Below are positions 1 through 8,033 of a stretch of DNA of 61,599 nucleotides, piece after piece. Below the pieces are notes generated by a model. It saw nothing but the letters and a program-made list of their open reading frames with translations, searched no databases and was not told the origin of the DNA. The DNA is taken from the IMG/VR virus record IMGVR_UViG_3300027908_000007; one strand, written 5' to 3'. Each line of letters starts with the position of its first letter. Within the stretch, counting starts at the first letter, position 1. Both the position numbers and the translations under genes were made by a program. The DNA is from a virus.

Positions 1-99
1 AAGCCGATGGACGTTGCTCTCGCGGAACTGGCGGCGAAAGCTACCCAGGAGCACGAAGCAAGGAAGGTGGAGAATAACTCAGGAAACGTGCCATGAACG
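1..99. repeat. 99-bp exact direct repeat with the window end (61501..61599); circular-assembly overlap or terminal redundancy
   Basis: Bases 1-99 read identical to 61501-61599. The repeat carries the 3' end of CDS 61273..61596. Confidence 0.95.
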
Positions 100-270
100 C
101 CGACCAAATACAAGCCCTCTCCGAGATAGACGCCGACTGACCACGACCATAGAGAGAGTCCTGAGGTCCGGTGCGGTCCAGAAACGCATGCTCCTGGACG
201 ATCTGAAGCGGATTCATGGCAAGATCCAGAACTTCCTGAACACGCAAGAGAAGCCCCCGGAAGGGGCGTC

Positions 271-648
271 CTAGATAGGCGTCCCGGTAGCTGTCGGTCC
301 AGGTTTCATTGCTCCAGTTATTGGGCCAAACATTTTCCAAGGTTTAATTTTTGGAAACTTCGGTTCCTTGCCTTCTTCCCAGAGGTAAAGCCCTGGCGAT
401 GGCCAGTTGTTGTCTGGCCTGATCGTCTCCCAGTAATAGAGCCCTGGGACTTCTGGAGGGTGCTGGTCATCGTGCCAGCGAACAAGGACGGCTTTCGTAT
501 CCTGAAGTTTTTCGATGCAACGAAGAAACTGACGCGATAGCATTCGCAAATCGTCGTCGGGATCGCAGTTTGGTTCGTCCATTAGCTTGTTGGCCAGCCG
601 GATGGTTTCTTCTCGTTCAGTGTCAATTATTGTTCGTTTGACTGCCAT
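271..648 (-). CDS. hypothetical protein (W/P-rich)
   Basis: ORF 271..678 trimmed to ATG 648, which is preceded by AAGGAG on the minus strand. Confidence 0.55.
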   Translation of the reverse strand: MAVKRTIIDTEREETIRLANKLMDEPNCDPDDDLRMLSRQFLRCIEKLQDTKAVLVRWHDDQHPPEVPGLYYWETIRPDNNWPSPGLYLWEEGKEPKFPKIKPWKMFGPITGAMKPGPTATGTPI

Positions 649-772
649 GCAAAGCTCCTTTTTGGCGGACCATCCCATCTAACGCTACTCTACCCTAGCG
701 AGGCCCTTTCGGGGGCGATTGGTCCTCAATCTGAGCCGTTCCCGGTCAACGTGGGGAAGACTGGGGGCGGCT

Positions 773-1108
773 TTATTTGATTGTCTGGAAAACCGCTTTA
801 GCGACAGCTTGTCCGTCTTCAAAGGCTTCCAAGTCTTCGCCGTTGATGCTGTCGTAATTATCTGGAAAAGCATCTCCATCAAAACCGGCGCAGAAATTGG
901 CTAGATAGGCATGTCCGTAAACTGATTCTGCCCAATATCCTGCATCTCTATCGCTGGGCTGTCCTTGAGATAAGAAAATAGCTCCAACGGCACAGCAGCA
1001 TAGTTGGCCCGTATTGTCTTTTGTGCAGTAGACTTGGATCACTGGCTTAGCCTTGGTTGCTTCGTAAGCGGCCTTAGCTTCTTCCACGGTTATCCGTTTC
1101 TCGCTCAT
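773..1108 (-). CDS. hypothetical protein (Cys cluster QLCCCAVG)
   Basis: 111-aa ORF with protein-like composition, same strand as its neighbours. Confidence 0.6.
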   Translation of the reverse strand: MSEKRITVEEAKAAYEATKAKPVIQVYCTKDNTGQLCCCAVGAIFLSQGQPSDRDAGYWAESVYGHAYLANFCAGFDGDAFPDNYDSINGEDLEAFEDGQAVAKAVFQTIK

Positions 1109-1153
1109 CGTTTCCTTCGCTTTCTCAAGAACTTCTTGCTAAAATACCGGTGG

Positions 1154-1747
1154 ATGACCCAGACACCGCGTAAAACAAGGAACAGTAATGGATGGGACCA
1201 TGGCGTCAGTGTCAATACCTGGATCGGAGTCGCGGTAATGGCAATCATGGCTGCCCAAGCAATATGGTCTGGCGTCTTGCAGTACCTTAACCGCCGTCTC
1301 GACCTTGAGGTTCAGCGAAACAAAGCCGAATCCCAGGTACGCGATGCCGTCACGGACGACCGGGTAGATTCCATCTACCGAGCCAACTACGAACGCGGCG
1401 TCATGGCTGCGAAGAAACGCCCCGATCTTGTCAATCCCCCTTCTGTCAAGGCAATCCCCCACGGTGGCACAATGGCAAATCTAGTCCTGGACCCCGCTAG
1501 TATTACCCCTGAAGTCAGGGAAGCTTACAAACCCATCGTCCCGTTCCTTCGAGAAATCCGTAAACAATACCCCGACCCCGCCAAGTTCTCTGAAGTCGTC
1601 CTCAAGGAGCACGGGGCGTGGCTTCTGCGACATATCTGCGATCCTCTGGACGTCAAGGACTTCGAGTGCCTGGCCATCGCTAGAGCTGTATCGGAGGACG
1701 TCTGCGAGACGGTGTCAAGCGACGACATCAGCACGGCACCGATTTAA
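1154..1747 (+). CDS. hypothetical protein with one N-terminal TM segment
   Basis: ORF 1004..1747 trimmed to ATG 1154, because the first 150 nt overlap the divergent gene 773..1108. Hydrophobic stretch WIGVAVMAIMAAQAIWSGVL. Confidence 0.5.
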   Translation: MTQTPRKTRNSNGWDHGVSVNTWIGVAVMAIMAAQAIWSGVLQYLNRRLDLEVQRNKAESQVRDAVTDDRVDSIYRANYERGVMAAKKRPDLVNPPSVKAIPHGGTMANLVLDPASITPEVREAYKPIVPFLREIRKQYPDPAKFSEVVLKEHGAWLLRHICDPLDVKDFECLAIARAVSEDVCETVSSDDISTAPI

Positions 1748-2099
1748 GCTTCTCGCGGTACGCCTCAAAGTCGAAAACAGGCTTCTTGGTTTCGTGCTTG
1801 GCAGCCATAGCCTTAACGTAGCCGGCAAAAGCCGGTGCCGACGTTCCGCTGGCCTTGATGTAGGCATTGGTTATTTTCGTCCATTGCTTAACCTCCTTGC
1901 GGAATTGCTTGGCGTACTCACGTAACTCCAAACGCAAGTCCGCTAGGTCGTCTTTCTCGCATTCTCCTTTCCAGACTGCGTCAGTCGGAATACTGTGGCA
2001 TTTCAAACAGACTTTCCCAGCGGTATGAACCGACTGGCAGACGATCTTCAACTGGATCGGGTTTATCAACGTGTAGACTAACCGTGGCTTCGCGTTCAT
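1728..2099 (-). CDS. hypothetical protein
   Basis: ORF 1728..2153 trimmed to ATG 2099 (MNAKPRL), preceded by GGGAG. Overlaps the 3' end of the upstream gene by 119 nt. Confidence 0.5.
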   Translation of the reverse strand: MNAKPRLVYTLINPIQLKIVCQSVHTAGKVCLKCHSIPTDAVWKGECEKDDLADLRLELREYAKQFRKEVKQWTKITNAYIKASGTSAPAFAGYVKAMAAKHETKKPVFDFEAYREKLKSVPC

Positions 2100-3306
2100 C
2101 TTTCTCCCTTTCTTTACGTTCTCGCTTGATCTCCTTGAACCGTTGATACGCATCTGATTTCGGCTGAGTCTGACCTAGACCCTTGCACCAGTAGTCATTC
2201 CTCAAGAGCACCTTGCATAGCCTTCGCCAAGACGGTGCCCAGCACTTTGCTTCAAGCTCTGGCGGGGCTTCCTCTGGGATTTCTTTGTAGCCGCGATTGT
2301 GCCACCCGAAAATGAACTTCTTGAACCGAACCGTGTAGTGATCTCGCGTCTTCTTGGGCATCGTCTGGAGGAGTAGGTTGCAGAAGCTCTTCCAGGTATG
2401 CCCTTCAGGTTTACTGATCTTGTTGTAGCCGTTGACGTTTCCCGTCTCTTCGATGTAGAGCGATCCCGAATTAGCTCCGTTGACCCTTGAAACCAGCTTA
2501 AACCACGTATGTGGTTCAAGGATGTGATAGAGCCACAGTCCACGTCTCTGGTCATCTCCGAAGGGCTGGCAGAGCCTTTGTTGGCTTAGCTTCACTCCTG
2601 CCATGTGCATCTTGTCGTAGATGCGATTGTGCGGCCTATCGGGATATTGAGCGTGGAATCTCCAAACATCCTGAACGAGCCAATCGTAGATCGGATAGAA
2701 GTTGTAGGTTTCCGCCACGATCTTGGTTGTCCAGCGGTGTCCCTGGAAGGTTAGATCCTTTTTTTCCCAGGTAGCTACGGCACAATACCGATGCAAGCTC
2801 TCCTGTGCTCGAATGCCGATGAAGCCAGCACAAGGGTTGCCCTGCCCGTACCACTCCCCGAAAAGAACGATGAACTCTTCAAATTCCATTTCAGGTAGGC
2901 AAAACGGATAGTCTTCGACGTTCTTGCATCCTTCTGGTTTGTCCCGAATCCAGAGTTCCTTTTTAGTCTCATCCCAGCACGTCCATCGTGGTTCGTAGTT
3001 CGTGACCGCGTTTCTCAGGAGCATCGGGACACAGATCCAGTGTTGCTCTATATTGTCGCGGTAGAGATTGAACATCTCCTGAACGTGCGTAATCGTGTCG
3101 GCGTATTGTGCCTCAAAGTCGATAAACATCACGGCAACCTTGCGTCCCCTGGCAATGGCCGCTTCCATGACCAAATGCAGCATGACGCTACTATCCTTGC
3201 CTCCCGAGAAGGCACAGTAGATTCGCTCGAAATTATCGAACGCCACGGCGATTCTCCGGCGAGCGGCAGCCAGTACGTCCAAGTCGCGATAGTGCTTGAT
3301 TCCCAT
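1981..3306 (-). CDS. PP-loop ATPase, PAPS-reductase-like (IbrA/DndC-like) with a long C-terminal domain
   Basis: SGGKDS PP-loop motif near the N-terminus and 441 aa. Sits 1 nt downstream of a ParB-like gene, the classic IbrB/IbrA arrangement. Confidence 0.8.
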   Translation of the reverse strand: MGIKHYRDLDVLAAARRRIAVAFDNFERIYCAFSGGKDSSVMLHLVMEAAIARGRKVAVMFIDFEAQYADTITHVQEMFNLYRDNIEQHWICVPMLLRNAVTNYEPRWTCWDETKKELWIRDKPEGCKNVEDYPFCLPEMEFEEFIVLFGEWYGQGNPCAGFIGIRAQESLHRYCAVATWEKKDLTFQGHRWTTKIVAETYNFYPIYDWLVQDVWRFHAQYPDRPHNRIYDKMHMAGVKLSQQRLCQPFGDDQRRGLWLYHILEPHTWFKLVSRVNGANSGSLYIEETGNVNGYNKISKPEGHTWKSFCNLLLQTMPKKTRDHYTVRFKKFIFGWHNRGYKEIPEEAPPELEAKCWAPSWRRLCKVLLRNDYWCKGLGQTQPKSDAYQRFKEIKRERKEREKDEREATVSLHVDKPDPVEDRLPVGSYRWESLFEMPQYSD

Positions 3307-3307
3307 G

Positions 3308-4474
3308 TCAATAAATATCCGATTGCCGGTCGTAAGAATAAGCTTCCGCCATCGTCACTTCAGGTCGTCCGTTAGCGACGTTCCATTTGTTCAAATAGAC
3401 CAGAGCCATCTCGTCGGCTGCGGTTCTTTGTTCCTTATCCAAGAGAGAAAACCCGCTTCGGAAGTTAGACGGAACCCCAGTGGCGTAGCACATGGCAGCC
3501 TGACCTAGCCACGCAATCTTGTTCATCGCCACATTGGTAAGGTAGTGTTCGCATGAATGCTTCCATTCGGTTATGACGTGGCCCAAGGCGTCTGCGAACC
3601 TAGGCAGGTCGGCAAGGAACTCGCGATAGGCTTCTTCGCACTCCGTCTTGTTCATGCCTTCCTTGGAGCTGTTGTAAAACCCCGCCGCATAACATTCCCA
3701 CTTTTCGTAGGTGTGAAAGACCCTGCCTTCGTCGCTCGTATTGACCGTGCGGAACTTAGTGGCTTCCTCTCCATAGGTGGAAATGTCATCGGTCAATTCC
3801 TCGAAGTCCGATTCGTTCACTTCTCCTTCGACATCCCACGACTTCGAGAACTCCTGATCCTGAAACAGATCGGCCAGACCGGTAATCTGGCATAGTCTCA
3901 GAACCTCATCCTGATCCATGCCTAGTTCGCGGCAGATGCGATCATCGGACCAATTCCTTCTCTTTAGTTCGATGACGATATCGGACATTGCCTCAACCTT
4001 GTGCTTGCCTCTGGCTCGATTGTGGCGAATCGTGGAGGCAACGCGGTCGCTCTTGTCCAAGCGGTCAGCACGGATGATCGTGATCGGCAGGTATCCTTTC
4101 ACCCTCTCTCGGACTTCAGGACATTCCTTGCCGACGCGATTCCTATGGAACCCATCGACGACTTCAAAGGACTCTCCATCCTTCCACGCCACGATGGGTT
4201 GAGTAAAACCGTCAGAAATCACGGAATGTTCCAGTAGCTTCATCTCTGGAGGCGCCACGGAATTGGGGTTATAGGCGTTACCGTGAACCTGATCGGCAGG
4301 AACCCAGATCACGCAATCGACCGGCTCCTGTGAGAAAGGGCTGAGTTCGTGAAGACGCATCCGCACGGAGTTTATCGCCTCAATCCGTTTCGCCTCTGGC
4401 ATGCTTTCGAGCTTGGCAAAGAACGGCTCAAGGTAACTGTCGGTCGTGCATTTGGTTTTGCACTTAACTGTCAT
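3308..4474 (-). CDS. ParB N-terminal-domain protein (IbrB/DndB-like) with an uncharacterised C-terminal domain
   Basis: Motifs VVDGFHRNRVG and IRHNRARG typical of ParB/Srx-fold nuclease-like domains. GGGAGGAAGG RBS before ATG 4474. Confidence 0.8.
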   Translation of the reverse strand: MTVKCKTKCTTDSYLEPFFAKLESMPEAKRIEAINSVRMRLHELSPFSQEPVDCVIWVPADQVHGNAYNPNSVAPPEMKLLEHSVISDGFTQPIVAWKDGESFEVVDGFHRNRVGKECPEVRERVKGYLPITIIRADRLDKSDRVASTIRHNRARGKHKVEAMSDIVIELKRRNWSDDRICRELGMDQDEVLRLCQITGLADLFQDQEFSKSWDVEGEVNESDFEELTDDISTYGEEATKFRTVNTSDEGRVFHTYEKWECYAAGFYNSSKEGMNKTECEEAYREFLADLPRFADALGHVITEWKHSCEHYLTNVAMNKIAWLGQAAMCYATGVPSNFRSGFSLLDKEQRTAADEMALVYLNKWNVANGRPEVTMAEAYSYDRQSDIY

Positions 4475-4770
4475 TCCTTCCTCCCGCAGTCGGTGCTTGC
4501 GTCTAGTTCATTCGCGAACATGCAGCAATCGTTGAGCATGTGTATTAACGTGGAGTGCCGCTTCTGGAGATCGGCCAGAGCGGACTTAGCTTTACCAGCG
4601 GCGTTGCAGAAGTCTCGATTGACTCCTTGAGCCATAGCGAGACTGCGTTGGGCTTCTTCAAGCTCGGCAAGCAACTCCTTGGCTAGTTCGGCGGCATCGT
4701 GGCATCCTTCTAGGTCCAATATCTCAGGCAGAGACTTGGCTTCCTCCAACCGTTCCTTGCTCATCGTCAT
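4471..4770 (-). CDS. hypothetical coiled-coil protein
   Basis: ORF 4471..4944 trimmed to ATG 4770 (MTMSKE), preceded by GGGAGGG. Its stop overlaps the ParB-like start (ATGA). Confidence 0.55.
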   Translation of the reverse strand: MTMSKERLEEAKSLPEILDLEGCHDAAELAKELLAELEEAQRSLAMAQGVNRDFCNAAGKAKSALADLQKRHSTLIHMLNDCCMFANELDASTDCGRKE

Positions 4771-4771
4771 C

Positions 4772-5014
4772 TCACCCTCCCGCCCGATTGTGCTTGGTTC
4801 TGTCCCGTCTAGCCTTCTTGACCGACATTTCGTCGCTCCTGGGTCTGCCGGGGCGATCCTTGGGGACGTCGCGGAGGTCTGATCTCCCGATAGCGTCTGC
4901 CATCGTGTGAGCCACGAAGTCCGACATGGACACGTCGAGATCATCGGCCCTCTTGCCGATCAGTTTCCGCAAAAGCGGGTGACAGTTGAACCGTATCGCT
5001 ACTGCCTCAGCCAT
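4772..5014 (-). CDS. ribbon-helix-helix (CopG/Arc-like) DNA-binding protein
   Basis: N-terminal strand-helix-helix pattern AVAIRFNCHPLLRKLIGKRADDLDVSMSDFVAHTMADAIG. First gene of the leftward operon; AAGGAG RBS. Confidence 0.6.
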   Translation of the reverse strand: MAEAVAIRFNCHPLLRKLIGKRADDLDVSMSDFVAHTMADAIGRSDLRDVPKDRPGRPRSDEMSVKKARRDRTKHNRAGG

Positions 5015-5102
5015 TAGCTTTTCTCCTTTGGTTAAAGGCTGATCTAAGAATATCCCGAGCGGACAGAATAATCAAGGCCCAAATAAATATGCAAATAAAA
5101 GG

Positions 5103-5131
5103 TTGACTATTTTTCTAGCCCAGCGTATCCT
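5103..5131 (+). promoter_or_regulatory. sigma70-like promoter candidate for the rightward early block
   Basis: TTGACT (5103-5108), 17-nt spacer, TATCCT (5126-5131), in the divergent intergenic region 5015-5176. Confidence 0.35.
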
Positions 5132-5176
5132 TCCTTTCGTCATGCAATCAGGGGCCGAAAATAAAGGACTAAGCAG

Positions 5177-5419
5177 ATGTTGAAGTTTGAATTCTACGGC
5201 GAAGGAGAGTGGGAAGCGTATTCCGAAATGAACGATGGAGGTGATCGATTCACTTGGAGGATTTCCGTTTGCGATGACGGCGAGTTTACCGCAAGCCAGT
5301 CCGATGGCGAACTTCTTGGTCCGACTACTCCGGTGTTCGAGAGGTTTAAGGATGCTGTTGCTTGGTGCAACGAGCAAGAGAGAGTTCAGGTAGCGTCTGC
5401 ACGTTTGCAAGACAGTTAA
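5177..5419 (+). CDS. hypothetical acidic protein
   Basis: 80-aa ORF, first gene after the divergent region. Confidence 0.55.
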   Translation: MLKFEFYGEGEWEAYSEMNDGGDRFTWRISVCDDGEFTASQSDGELLGPTTPVFERFKDAVAWCNEQERVQVASARLQDS

Positions 5420-5446
5420 GTAAGGGACCGAATCTAGGAGAAAAGA

Positions 5447-6346
5447 ATGGCAGTAAAGATTATCTCTGCGACAGAAGCAATCGACGTGAGTCAATTGTGC
5501 GTGGTTATTTTTGGCCAGCCTGGAAGTCGAAAATCCAGTTTGGCTCAGACCGCCGAGTCCCCGGTAACGATGGCTTTCGACAACGGCATTTACCGGGCAT
5601 TCGGGCGGAAAGAGTCTGCTATGTTCGATACCTGGCAAGACGTAATGGACTTCGATTTGTCGAAATACAAGACGCCGGTGATTGATACCGTTGGGCAGTG
5701 TCTTTCCAAGCTTGGGCAGGCAATCGTTCGCGACAACGCGAAGAATGGGAATCGAACCGGAGGTCTGACGCTCCAAGGGTACGGTGCTCTCAAGGAAAGT
5801 TTCAAAGGGTGGGTCGAAGGACGCAAGAAGGCTGGACAGGATCTCGTGTTCATTGCTCAAGAGAAGGAAGACCGCAACGGAGACGATTCGTACTTCCGTC
5901 CCGACATCGTCGGCGGCAGCTACAACACGCTCATGGAAGTATGCGATTTGGTCGGCTACCTTCATTTTGAGAACGGCCGCAAGGTCATCGACTTCAACCC
6001 TACTGACCGTTGGATGGCCAAAGCTCCTCCGTGCGGATGGCAGCAGATGGTCCTCCCTGACTTCGCGGCTCAACCCGATTTCCTTGCCAAGCTGATCGCT
6101 GAGGCCAAGGCTTCGATGGGACGCATCTCTGGAGAGTCGGCCCAGATGGCAGCCACGATAGACCAGTGGAAAGCCAAGCTTGCCGCCGATCCGATGTTGC
6201 CAGAGTTCAATGCCCTGATGGACGAGTACAAGGCGTTGACGAACGGCATCAAGAAACAGGTAAAGGCGATGCTGGAGGCTCACGCCAAGCAGGTAGGCTG
6301 GAAGATGAGCAAGGCTGGCGTGTGGGAAGCAAGGGAGGTAGCGTAA
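5447..6346 (+). CDS. AAA ATPase, Sak4-like (AAA_24-type) recombination protein
   Basis: Walker A-like GQPGSRKSS at the N-terminus and VFIAQEKE Walker B-like strand. Immediately followed by an exonuclease gene (TAATG junction). Confidence 0.65.
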   Translation: MAVKIISATEAIDVSQLCVVIFGQPGSRKSSLAQTAESPVTMAFDNGIYRAFGRKESAMFDTWQDVMDFDLSKYKTPVIDTVGQCLSKLGQAIVRDNAKNGNRTGGLTLQGYGALKESFKGWVEGRKKAGQDLVFIAQEKEDRNGDDSYFRPDIVGGSYNTLMEVCDLVGYLHFENGRKVIDFNPTDRWMAKAPPCGWQQMVLPDFAAQPDFLAKLIAEAKASMGRISGESAQMAATIDQWKAKLAADPMLPEFNALMDEYKALTNGIKKQVKAMLEAHAKQVGWKMSKAGVWEAREVA

Positions 6347-6981
6347 TGCTGCGAACCCGCGTTACTGCTCTGGAGAGCTATAGGCGTGTTCTTCAGGAAG
6401 AATATGCCCGCGAGGATGAGTTGATCGCCTCCATTAAGGGCAAGCCCTTTGAGCCGAACCAGTACATGCTGGCCGGAACGGCTTTCCATGCGATACTTGC
6501 CGATCCAGACAAGCACCGCGAAGGCGATAAGGACGGTGGCTATTACACGTCGAAAGGATGGTTCTTCGATGAGGAGACTACCGACGTTGCTGTTTTGCAC
6601 GTCGGCAAAGGTTCCTGCGAAGTCCCCGGCTTCAAGATCTTCCAGACCTCGCACGGCCCGATCACCGTGAATGGGATCTGCGACCGCATCAACGGCAAGA
6701 TCATCCGAGATGCCAAGGCGACATGGTCAACCCCGGACGCGAAAAATTATGAGCGTTCACTCCAATGGAAGCTTTATCTCCAGCTATTCGAGGCCGACCA
6801 GTTCGCTTACGACATCTTTGCGTTCTCGGAACCCAAGGACGGCTTCTGCAAGCTACGAGATATCGTGTCGTTCAATCTGTTCCGCTATCCAGAGATCGGA
6901 GCGGACTGCGAACGATGGGTACGAGACTTCGTGCAATGGGCAGATGATCGGCATTTGCTCGGATACTTGGAAGTTAAGTGA
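6346..6981 (+). CDS. PD-(D/E)xK exonuclease (RecB/Cas4-like)
   Basis: ORF 6166..6981 trimmed to ATG 6346. Motifs GICDRINGKIIRDAKAT (D...D-x-K) and QWKLY (QxxxY). Confidence 0.65.
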   Translation: MLRTRVTALESYRRVLQEEYAREDELIASIKGKPFEPNQYMLAGTAFHAILADPDKHREGDKDGGYYTSKGWFFDEETTDVAVLHVGKGSCEVPGFKIFQTSHGPITVNGICDRINGKIIRDAKATWSTPDAKNYERSLQWKLYLQLFEADQFAYDIFAFSEPKDGFCKLRDIVSFNLFRYPEIGADCERWVRDFVQWADDRHLLGYLEVK

Positions 6982-6986
6982 CAACC

Positions 6987-7128
6987 GGGCCGCAAGCTCT
7001 TCGGATGAGCTTCGGTTCCTTTAGCGGGGAATCGGTCCGCTACCAAGTAGGAAGCATTCTAGACCTTCCGAAGAGTGGTGGAAAACGCCTTCCTAGGCGT
7101 GGATCGGGTTCGACTCCCGAGCGGTCCA
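6987..7128 (+). ncRNA. tRNA-like structured RNA (142 nt) with G3:U70 and A73 and a non-canonical middle section
   Basis: Acceptor GGGCCGC (6987-6993) pairs with GCGGTCC (7121-7127), giving G3:U70. D-arm 6996-7010 (GCTC/TTCGGAT/GAGC), T-arm 7104-7120 (TCGGG/TTCGACT/CCCGA), discriminator A7128. Bases 7011-7103 hold three hairpins instead of one anticodon arm. Confidence 0.4.
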
Positions 7129-7325
7129 ATGCCTTCTTAAATGGGTCTAACCCATTCCTTGCCAGGTGTCCTCCTCTGGCATGTAAGGCAATGGCGGATG
7201 GTTCTGCTTGAGTACCGGATCTCTAAGGCAAGGAACTGAAACCCGGAGCGGATGGAAACTCCGCATGCCAATGGCCGTTCGACTCGGCCAAGCAGACTTG
7301 TTTTCAACCCAACGGAGTAACCCCA

Positions 7326-7481
7326 ATGTTCACCGCTCTACGCAACGCCTACGCCAGACTGACGGCAGTCTTGGAACGTATCGCGGACAGGTTTGAAGAG
7401 TTCGAGGCCCAGATCGGTAAACCCGAGACGACGGTTATCGAGGACCGGAGAAAGGTGACTACCAATGGGAAGCGAAACTGA
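7326..7481 (+). CDS. hypothetical small protein (51 aa)
   Basis: Translated by hand: MFTALRNAYARLTAVLERIADRFEEFEAQIGKPETTVIEDRRKVTTNGKRN. Overlaps the next start by 17 nt. Confidence 0.35.
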   Translation: MFTALRNAYARLTAVLERIADRFEEFEAQIGKPETTVIEDRRKVTTNGKRN

Positions 7482-7845
7482 TCGGCTGTCCGCGAGGCTG
7501 CAACTGGCGGGTCTGTGCTGTCCTCGCATTGTGGATCTTGCAATCAAAAGCCGGGACGTCGGAAACCCGGAAACTGTTGAAACGGCAGCCAGGGCATGCT
7601 TGCAGTGGGCAGATCATCTCATCGCCGCTGATGCCAAATCCGCTCCCTGCTCAGACGCCTCGGAGATGGCCAGGACGATTGTGCGGTTGGAGTTCGTCAA
7701 CCGAACGGCCATAGATGCCCTGAAAGCCATATCGGCATTGTGCGGCAAACCTATTCCCCATGAGCCGCAGAGCGATGGTTGGAAAATCAAACGCCAAGCC
7801 GATCAGGCCCTTCAGATAGCCCAAGACGTGGAGGCATCCAAATGA
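7465..7845 (+). CDS. hypothetical protein
   Basis: 126-aa ORF; stop overlaps the next ATG (ATGA). Confidence 0.55.
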   Translation: MGSETDRLSARLQLAGLCCPRIVDLAIKSRDVGNPETVETAARACLQWADHLIAADAKSAPCSDASEMARTIVRLEFVNRTAIDALKAISALCGKPIPHEPQSDGWKIKRQADQALQIAQDVEASK

Positions 7846-8033
7846 CCCAGCAAACCATAGCCGACTGCTATCGCTCCGAGATAGCTGACCTACGCCAACA
7901 GGTGGAGATTCAGCGATCAACCAACGACCAGCTCTGCGACCTCTCGGAGAGGCTGCGGAAGGAACTGGCGGAGAAGATGGATGAGAACGACAGACTCAGA
8001 GAACTCTTGAAGTTAAAGGAAGCCAATGCCTAA
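7842..8033 (+). CDS. hypothetical coiled-coil protein
   Basis: ORF 7779..8033 trimmed to ATG 7842 (MTQQTIADCY), coupled to the upstream stop. Confidence 0.5.
   Translation: MTQQTIADCYRSEIADLRQQVEIQRSTNDQLCDLSERLRKELAEKMDENDRLRELLKLKEANA

Noticed and set aside
1981-3306. Calling the PP-loop protein a genuine PAPS reductase (CysH) supplying sulfite
   Set aside because: Only the N-terminal SGGKDS PP-loop is recognisable, and the long C-terminal domain and ParB-like partner match the IbrA/DndC-type context, not assimilatory CysH. The enzymatic activity is therefore left open.
5072-6283. 403-aa minus-strand ORF, the longest in this neighbourhood
   Set aside because: It is entirely antisense to the well-supported Sak4-like ATPase gene (5447..6346) and the small ORF 5177..5419. 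Its Leu/Arg/Ser-rich composition is typical of antisense frames, and I saw no RBS or recognisable motif.
6987-7297. tmRNA (ssrA) interpretation of the tRNA-like region, with mini-ORF GCA ATG GCG GAT GGT TCT GCT TGA (7188-7211, AMADGSA-stop) as a tag
   Set aside because: The G3:U70 acceptor closes a unit of only 142 nt that has a normal D-arm. The tag-like ORF lies outside that unit, and I could not place the usual pseudoknots or the conserved tmRNA 5'/3' sequences. A permuted arrangement does not fit the order of the strands either.
6978-7396. ORFs 6978..7211 (77 aa) and 7208..7396 (62 aa)
   Set aside because: They lie across the densely structured tRNA-like region, lack an RBS, and have Ser/Gly/Arg-rich sequence. 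The region is better explained as non-coding RNA.
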